A stretch of DNA of 63,373 nt, filler included, from Reclinomonas americana ATCC 50394 (lineage: Eukaryota): NCBI GenBank assembly GCA_048213135.1. It is 5 parts of 4 records of this genome, joined end to end, with 100 filler letters (N's around TTAATTAATTAA, not from the genome) between each part and the next. Parts side by side here need not be neighbours in the genome. Positions count along the whole stretch, not along the records: positions 56,933 to 63,373 come from PS015762.1; 4 more parts are not named here. One strand, given 5' to 3'. Below are positions 59,178 through 63,373 of the stretch, piece after piece; positions within the stretch are counted from its first letter, which is position 1; every line of letters begins with the position of its first letter. The translations under genes and the position numbers were made by a program. A model generated the notes under the pieces. The model was not told the DNA's origin. It did no database searches and was given only the letters and a program-made list of their open reading frames with translations.

Positions 59178-59546
59178 TCAGGCTCTCGATACCGCGACGG
59201 AGACTGCTCCGCCCTGAACTCGCAGGACGATGGCCTGATATGCGTTCCCGAGACTAATACAACGGATGATCTCGCGTTCGGCGGGGCAGTCAATCACACC
59301 GGCGCTGATTTGACTGCTATGGATCGCGCGCAATACCTCGACCCCCCCGATCGATGCGACCTCAACGGACAGCCGATCGTCCTTTTGAAGTGACCGCACC
59401 ACAATTGGGTTAGGCGAGCGAAGGCTGCCGTTGGAAGTGATATCGCAAGGATCAGCGCCGGAAGCCTGGCCCCCTGTTCCTTTTTCGTTGCTAGGCGTCC
59501 GACTAGGCAAGTCGTCCGACAGATAATCCTTCCTTCCGCCGGTCAC
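59178..59546 (-). CDS. Small hypothetical protein (flexible Gly/Ser N-terminus plus beta-rich domain)
   Basis: GTG start with GAGGGG RBS, MTGGRK...; fills the gap between glycosylase and kinase exactly (44-nt overlap, 3-nt gap). Confidence 0.75.
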   Translation of the reverse strand: MTGGRKDYLSDDLPSRTPSNEKGTGGQASGADPCDITSNGSLRSPNPIVVRSLQKDDRLSVEVASIGGVEVLRAIHSSQISAGVIDCPAEREIIRCISLGNAYQAIVLRVQGGAVSVAVSRA

Positions 59547-60396
59547 CGCGTTCCCCCTCAAGAATCACGAATTCATCCACATTACTGCATGGATCGTACG
59601 TTGGCACTGGCAGGCCCTCTGCGGCAGTCAGAGCCCGATTCATGCGATCAGCAGCGGCAAGACTTGAAGGAGACAGCTCCCTGGCGATTTCCCAAACTGT
59701 GGCATCAAGCACCGCGGCCGGCACCCCAGCGGCGGCGGCAAAGTCGAGGAAGCGCCGCTCCAGCCGGCCGTAATCTTTGGCGAGTTCGAACCGCGGCGGG
59801 AATATCCGGGCGATCTTGCCAGCGCGGAGTACATGGACATCAAGGACGGCAACCTTGTCGCTGGCGAGGAGGTTGCGGACAATGAACGATGCGGTTTTGG
59901 GGCCAATCCCCCTGATCGTCTGCAGCCTGTCGCGCAATTGCAGGTCACCTACGGCGTCGCCGAGATCGCCCAATCTTTCCAGAGCTCCATGAATGTATTC
60001 TGCTCGCTTCCTCGGGAACCGATATTTGGCGCGTTTACCGCCTGCTAGTTGCAACGGCTCCCGCAGCAGGCGCTCAATCTCCTCGACGCTGAAGGACTGC
60101 CGGAAGAGGCCGGCGCGCTGAAGGTGCGACAGGGCCGCCTCGGCCACTTCGGCCCTGATACCGAAACCGCTGAGGGTGCAGAAGACGACCTCCTCGGCCA
60201 GGCTCCAACGCGCGCCCCCGAAAATCTGGCTATAGGTGCCCATGCGCCATCTCATGTGGGCATGCTTTGCGATCCACGATGGCGTGAGCAGGAAAGACGC
60301 ATCGCCCCAGCGGTATCCTGGGGACCATTCTACATCGGGATCTGGCAGTGGGACGCGGTGGATTCCGTCCCTCAGCACGATGTCGATATTCTGCAT
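59503..60396 (-). CDS. 8-oxoguanine DNA glycosylase-like HhH-GPD N-glycosylase/AP lyase
   Basis: EEVVFCTL, YRFPRKRA, HhH IRGIGPKTASFIVRN (catalytic Lys), VAVLDVHVLR (catalytic Asp), LDATVW; OGG2-like pattern. Confidence 0.85.
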   Translation of the reverse strand: MQNIDIVLRDGIHRVPLPDPDVEWSPGYRWGDASFLLTPSWIAKHAHMRWRMGTYSQIFGGARWSLAEEVVFCTLSGFGIRAEVAEAALSHLQRAGLFRQSFSVEEIERLLREPLQLAGGKRAKYRFPRKRAEYIHGALERLGDLGDAVGDLQLRDRLQTIRGIGPKTASFIVRNLLASDKVAVLDVHVLRAGKIARIFPPRFELAKDYGRLERRFLDFAAAAGVPAAVLDATVWEIARELSPSSLAAADRMNRALTAAEGLPVPTYDPCSNVDEFVILEGERGDRRKEGLSVGRLA

Positions 60397-60397
60397 T

Positions 60398-60440
60398 GCG
60401 TCACCCTTGATGTTACAAACGCTACAATCTAGCGTGACGC
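60398..60440. promoter_or_regulatory. Divergent promoter with overlapping inverted repeats (candidate HTH operator)
   Basis: 45-bp intergenic region: GCGTCAC...GTGACGC at its edges and ACGCTA-CAATC-TAGCGT at 60419-60435. Confidence 0.5.
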
Positions 60441-60441
60441 G

Positions 60442-60756
60442 ATGCAATCGAAGAAAAGCAAGTTGCAGCAGCTTATGGACGACGCCCTGAGCAGCGGCTG
60501 CACGAGGGCAGACTTGGCTCGGCTTGCAGGCTGCTCCCGCATGCAATTATGGCGTCTTCACACTAAGAATAATGCAGAATTTACGCCGTCCGGCATGCGT
60601 CTTAGAGCAGCGCTGGAGGGTGATGAGTTCCAGCGCATCATGGCGCAGGTGATGGAATCCGCGAGGCGCCTTGCGGGCGGCGACCCGAAGCGCGCCAGCG
60701 CGTTACGAGATATGTTACATAATGTTACCGATCTCGTATCGGAAGCGAAGCAGTGA
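60442..60756 (+). CDS. Small XRE/Cro-like HTH protein
   Basis: TRADLARLAGCSRMQLWRL helix-turn-helix; divergent from the glycosylase operon. Confidence 0.75.
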   Translation: MQSKKSKLQQLMDDALSSGCTRADLARLAGCSRMQLWRLHTKNNAEFTPSGMRLRAALEGDEFQRIMAQVMESARRLAGGDPKRASALRDMLHNVTDLVSEAKQ

Positions 60757-61100
60757 GGGCGAGTGAGTCGGCACGGACATATCCGACCGCGCTCGTTGCT
60801 CAGGAGCGGAAGTTTGCCCTCAGAATCCTGTTTGCGAATGTACTGGTCTGCCACTTCGGCCAGTTTCTGCTCGACCGCAGGCCACTCTCGCAAAGTTTTC
60901 CAGCTCGCGGAGCAGGACAAGCGGAGGCTCCAAGCAAGGCTTGAAATCGCGGCAGCGGTCTCGGGAAACAGGCGGCTATGTTTATCGACTCCAATCGTTG
61001 CGATGCCCGCAAAGCCACGTTCCGGCCTGTGATCAACATCATCGTCGACGAGGCCTTCAGCAGCGTCTTGGTCGCGTCCTCCGTCCGCGTGCAGTCGTTA

Positions 61101-61115
61101 AATGGTTTGACCAAA
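61101..61115. promoter_or_regulatory. Putative FadR/GntR operator
   Basis: AATGGTTTGACCAAA about 55 bp upstream of the atuA-like gene. Confidence 0.7.
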
Positions 61116-61169
61116 TAGGGCGGCGCTTGTTAGATCGCCCGTCACGACGACTGAGCGACGGGTTTGCGA

Positions 61170-62507
61170 GTGTCGAAGAAAGTGCGCATTGGCTGCGGGG
61201 CCGGGTTCGCTGGCGACAGGATCGAGCCAGCGATCGAACTGGCTGAACGCGGGCGGCTCGACTTCCTGTTCTTTGAAGGCCTGGCTGAGCGCACGCTGGC
61301 GCAGAGCCATCTGGCGCGTCTGCAGAACCCCGCGCTCGGCTATAATCCGCTCTTGGAGCGGCGGATCTCGGCGGTGCTGCCGGCCTGTCGCGCGAACGGC
61401 ACCCGGATCGTCACGAACATGGGCGCGGCCAATCCGCTTGGAGCTGCACGCGCCATCGCCGCAGTTGTCGCGCAGCTCGGCTTTTCCGGCCTCAGGATTG
61501 CGGTCGTCCAGGGCGATGAAGTCTCTTCCTTGATCGACCCGGCCATGACCTCCCTTGAGACCGGAGAGGCGCTCGCGAAGACCGGGCGCTCCATGATCGG
61601 GGCCAATGCCTATCTCGGCGCCGAGGCCATCGCCACGGCCTTGGGGATGGAGGCAGACATCGTCGTCACTGGGCGCGTAGCCGATCCCTCGCTCGTCGTC
61701 GGCCCGCTGGTCCACAGCTTCGGCTGGGCCCTCGACGACTGGCACCGGCTGGGTCCCGGCACCGCCGTCGGCCATCTCCTGGAATGCAGCTGCCAGGTCA
61801 CCGGCGGCTATTTCGCCGACCCTGGCTTCAAGGATGTCGACGAGCTCGCTTTCGTCGGCTATCCCCTCGCCGAGGTCGATGAGAGCGGCGATGCGATCAT
61901 CACCAAGCCCGAGGGCTCCGGAGGCTGCGTGACGCGGCTCACCGTCAAGGAGCAGCTCCTCTACGAAGTCCATGACCCGGCGGCCTATCTCACGCCCGAC
62001 GTGACGGCCGACTTCTCGCAGATCGCGATCCAACAGGCCGGCCCGGATCGGGTCCATGTCAGCGGCGCCCGCGGACGCCCTCGTCCGGACAGCTTGAAGG
62101 TCACCGTCGGTTTCGATGGCGGCGTCCTTGCCGAAGCCGAGATCAGCTATGCCGGGCCGGGAGCTGCCGATCGCGCTCGCCTTGCCATGGAGATCGTCCG
62201 CCTGCGGATGGAAAGGCTGCATCGCTGCAGCGACGTCATCCGCTTCGACATCATAGGCATGAGTTCGCTGCACAGCTCGGCCATTGCGGATGCGGCACCG
62301 TCCAACGACGTGCGCCTACGCGCGGCGATGCGCACGGCCGACGCCCAGCTCGGCCAGCAATTATTGGCGGAAGTCGAGGCGCTTTGGATCGCCGGACCGG
62401 CCGGAGGCGCGGGCGCGCGCGGGCGTCTCGTTCCGTCGATTATCACGCAGTCGGTCCTCATCGACCGCGCTCTAGTCAAACCGCAGATCGAGATGGTCGA
62501 GGCATGA
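61170..62507 (+). CDS. Acyclic terpene utilisation AtuA-family protein (DUF1446)
   Basis: RIGCGAGFAGDR, EGLAERT, ANAYLG, TGRVAD, GHLLEC, EQLLYE, YLTPDV. Confidence 0.9.
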   Translation: MSKKVRIGCGAGFAGDRIEPAIELAERGRLDFLFFEGLAERTLAQSHLARLQNPALGYNPLLERRISAVLPACRANGTRIVTNMGAANPLGAARAIAAVVAQLGFSGLRIAVVQGDEVSSLIDPAMTSLETGEALAKTGRSMIGANAYLGAEAIATALGMEADIVVTGRVADPSLVVGPLVHSFGWALDDWHRLGPGTAVGHLLECSCQVTGGYFADPGFKDVDELAFVGYPLAEVDESGDAIITKPEGSGGCVTRLTVKEQLLYEVHDPAAYLTPDVTADFSQIAIQQAGPDRVHVSGARGRPRPDSLKVTVGFDGGVLAEAEISYAGPGAADRARLAMEIVRLRMERLHRCSDVIRFDIIGMSSLHSSAIADAAPSNDVRLRAAMRTADAQLGQQLLAEVEALWIAGPAGGAGARGRLVPSIITQSVLIDRALVKPQIEMVEA

Positions 62508-62905
62508 GCAGGATCGTGAAACTGCGGGAGATCGCCTCGGCACGCGCCGGCGACAAGGGCAGCACCGCCAATATCGCGGTCTGGGCCTATGACGAACGCC
62601 ACTATCCCAGCATCAAGCGGTCTTTGACCGAAGACCGCATACGGCAAGCCTATCCTCGTCTGTTCCGCGGCAGGATCACACGCTTCGCGCTCGATCACCT
62701 CGCCGGCCTGAACTTCGTTCTCGACGATGCGCTGGAAGGGGGCGTCAACACCTCCTTGAACCTCGACGCGCATGGCAAGTCGTTCTCGTTCCTGCTCCTC
62801 GATCTCGACGTCGAAATCGAGGATGCCCGCCCCGGGGATGCCGATGGAGCGGCGGATGCCCTTCGAGCGCCTGACGGCGAATGCAATGATCTTGCGAGAG
62901 GCTGA
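62504..62905 (+). CDS. AtuA-associated small protein (AtuA C-terminal-like)
   Basis: ARAGDKG, LNFVL..ALEGG..SLNLDAHGKS; ATGA overlap. Confidence 0.85.
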   Translation: MSRIVKLREIASARAGDKGSTANIAVWAYDERHYPSIKRSLTEDRIRQAYPRLFRGRITRFALDHLAGLNFVLDDALEGGVNTSLNLDAHGKSFSFLLLDLDVEIEDARPGDADGAADALRAPDGECNDLARG

Positions 62906-62907
62906 CG

Positions 62908-63373
62908 ATGCGAGCTTGGGCAGTGGTCGAGAACGGGGCGCCGCTCCAATGTATCGAGGTGGTCGACGAGGTGCCCACCGGCACGCAGGTTCTGCTTGAC
63001 GTCACCCATTGCGGCGTCTGCCATTCGGATCTGCACTTCTGGAAGGGGTCCTACGATCTCGGCGGCGGCCGCCTCCTGAAGCTCACCGAGCGTGGCGTCA
63101 CCTTGCCTCGTGCGATCGGTCATGAGGTGGTGGGCCGAGTCGTCGCCAAGGGACCGCAGGCTGAGGGCGTCGAGATCGGGGATCTGCGCATCGTCTTCCC
63201 ATGGCTGGGCTGCGGCGAATGCGAACGCTGCCGCGCCGGCGACGACAATCTCTGCGACAAGCCTAGCGCCATCGGCGTGATCAGGCATGGCGGCTTCGCC
63301 GACCGGGTGATGTCGCCGCATCCGAAGTTCCTTGTCGATCCTGGCTCGATCGATCCGGCGCTGGCGGCGACCT
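62908..63373 (+). CDS. Zn-dependent alcohol dehydrogenase, partial (paralog of 51343)
   Basis: MRAWAVVENG, GVCHSDLHFW, LPRAIGHE, CGECERC; runs off the window. Confidence 0.9.
   Translation, partial: MRAWAVVENGAPLQCIEVVDEVPTGTQVLLDVTHCGVCHSDLHFWKGSYDLGGGRLLKLTERGVTLPRAIGHEVVGRVVAKGPQAEGVEIGDLRIVFPWLGCGECERCRAGDDNLCDKPSAIGVIRHGGFADRVMSPHPKFLVDPGSIDPALAAT

Noticed and set aside
25934..63373. Massive bacterium-to-eukaryote gene transfer
   Set aside because: No introns or amelioration, intact operons and RBSs, and the junction is an artificial spacer.

Overview
The window is a stitched, two-organism assembly. Four 100-bp N-TTAATTAATTAA-N spacers join its scaffolds. Bases 1-25933 come from an intron-rich, microsatellite-rich, probably flagellated eukaryote. 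That part encodes a secreted NHL-type protein, a uridine phosphorylase, an outer-dynein-arm docking-complex-like coiled-coil protein, a TTL-family ligase, a hydroxyacid-oxoacid transhydrogenase whose two halves lie on opposite strands, and two RING-type proteins. Bases 26034-63373 are high-GC bacterial DNA, probably alphaproteobacterial (Hyphomicrobiales-like, by inference). This part is a large catabolic region: BVMO, three Zn-ADHs, two ALDHs, CoA-transferases, crotonases, MaoC, CitE-like lyase, AtuA-like, ETF, and Liv/Bug transporters. A repeated palindrome, AATGGT-N3-ACCATT, sits upstream of its operons, and a FadR/GntR regulator lies in the region. Two unrelated cassettes interrupt the catabolic region. 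The best candidate for an undescribed system is a tightly coupled operon: OGG-like DNA glycosylase, small unknown protein, PfkB-kinase/nucleoside-deoxyribosyltransferase fusion, and QueC-like ATPase, with a divergent HTH gene. It is plausibly an anti-phage or nucleobase-modification system. The second cassette is an HTH/helical protein translationally coupled to a tiny secreted peptide with a duplicated APIH motif, divergent from a lambda-lysozyme-like lipoprotein carrying three AANDN repeats. All calls come from motif reading only; no database searches were run.
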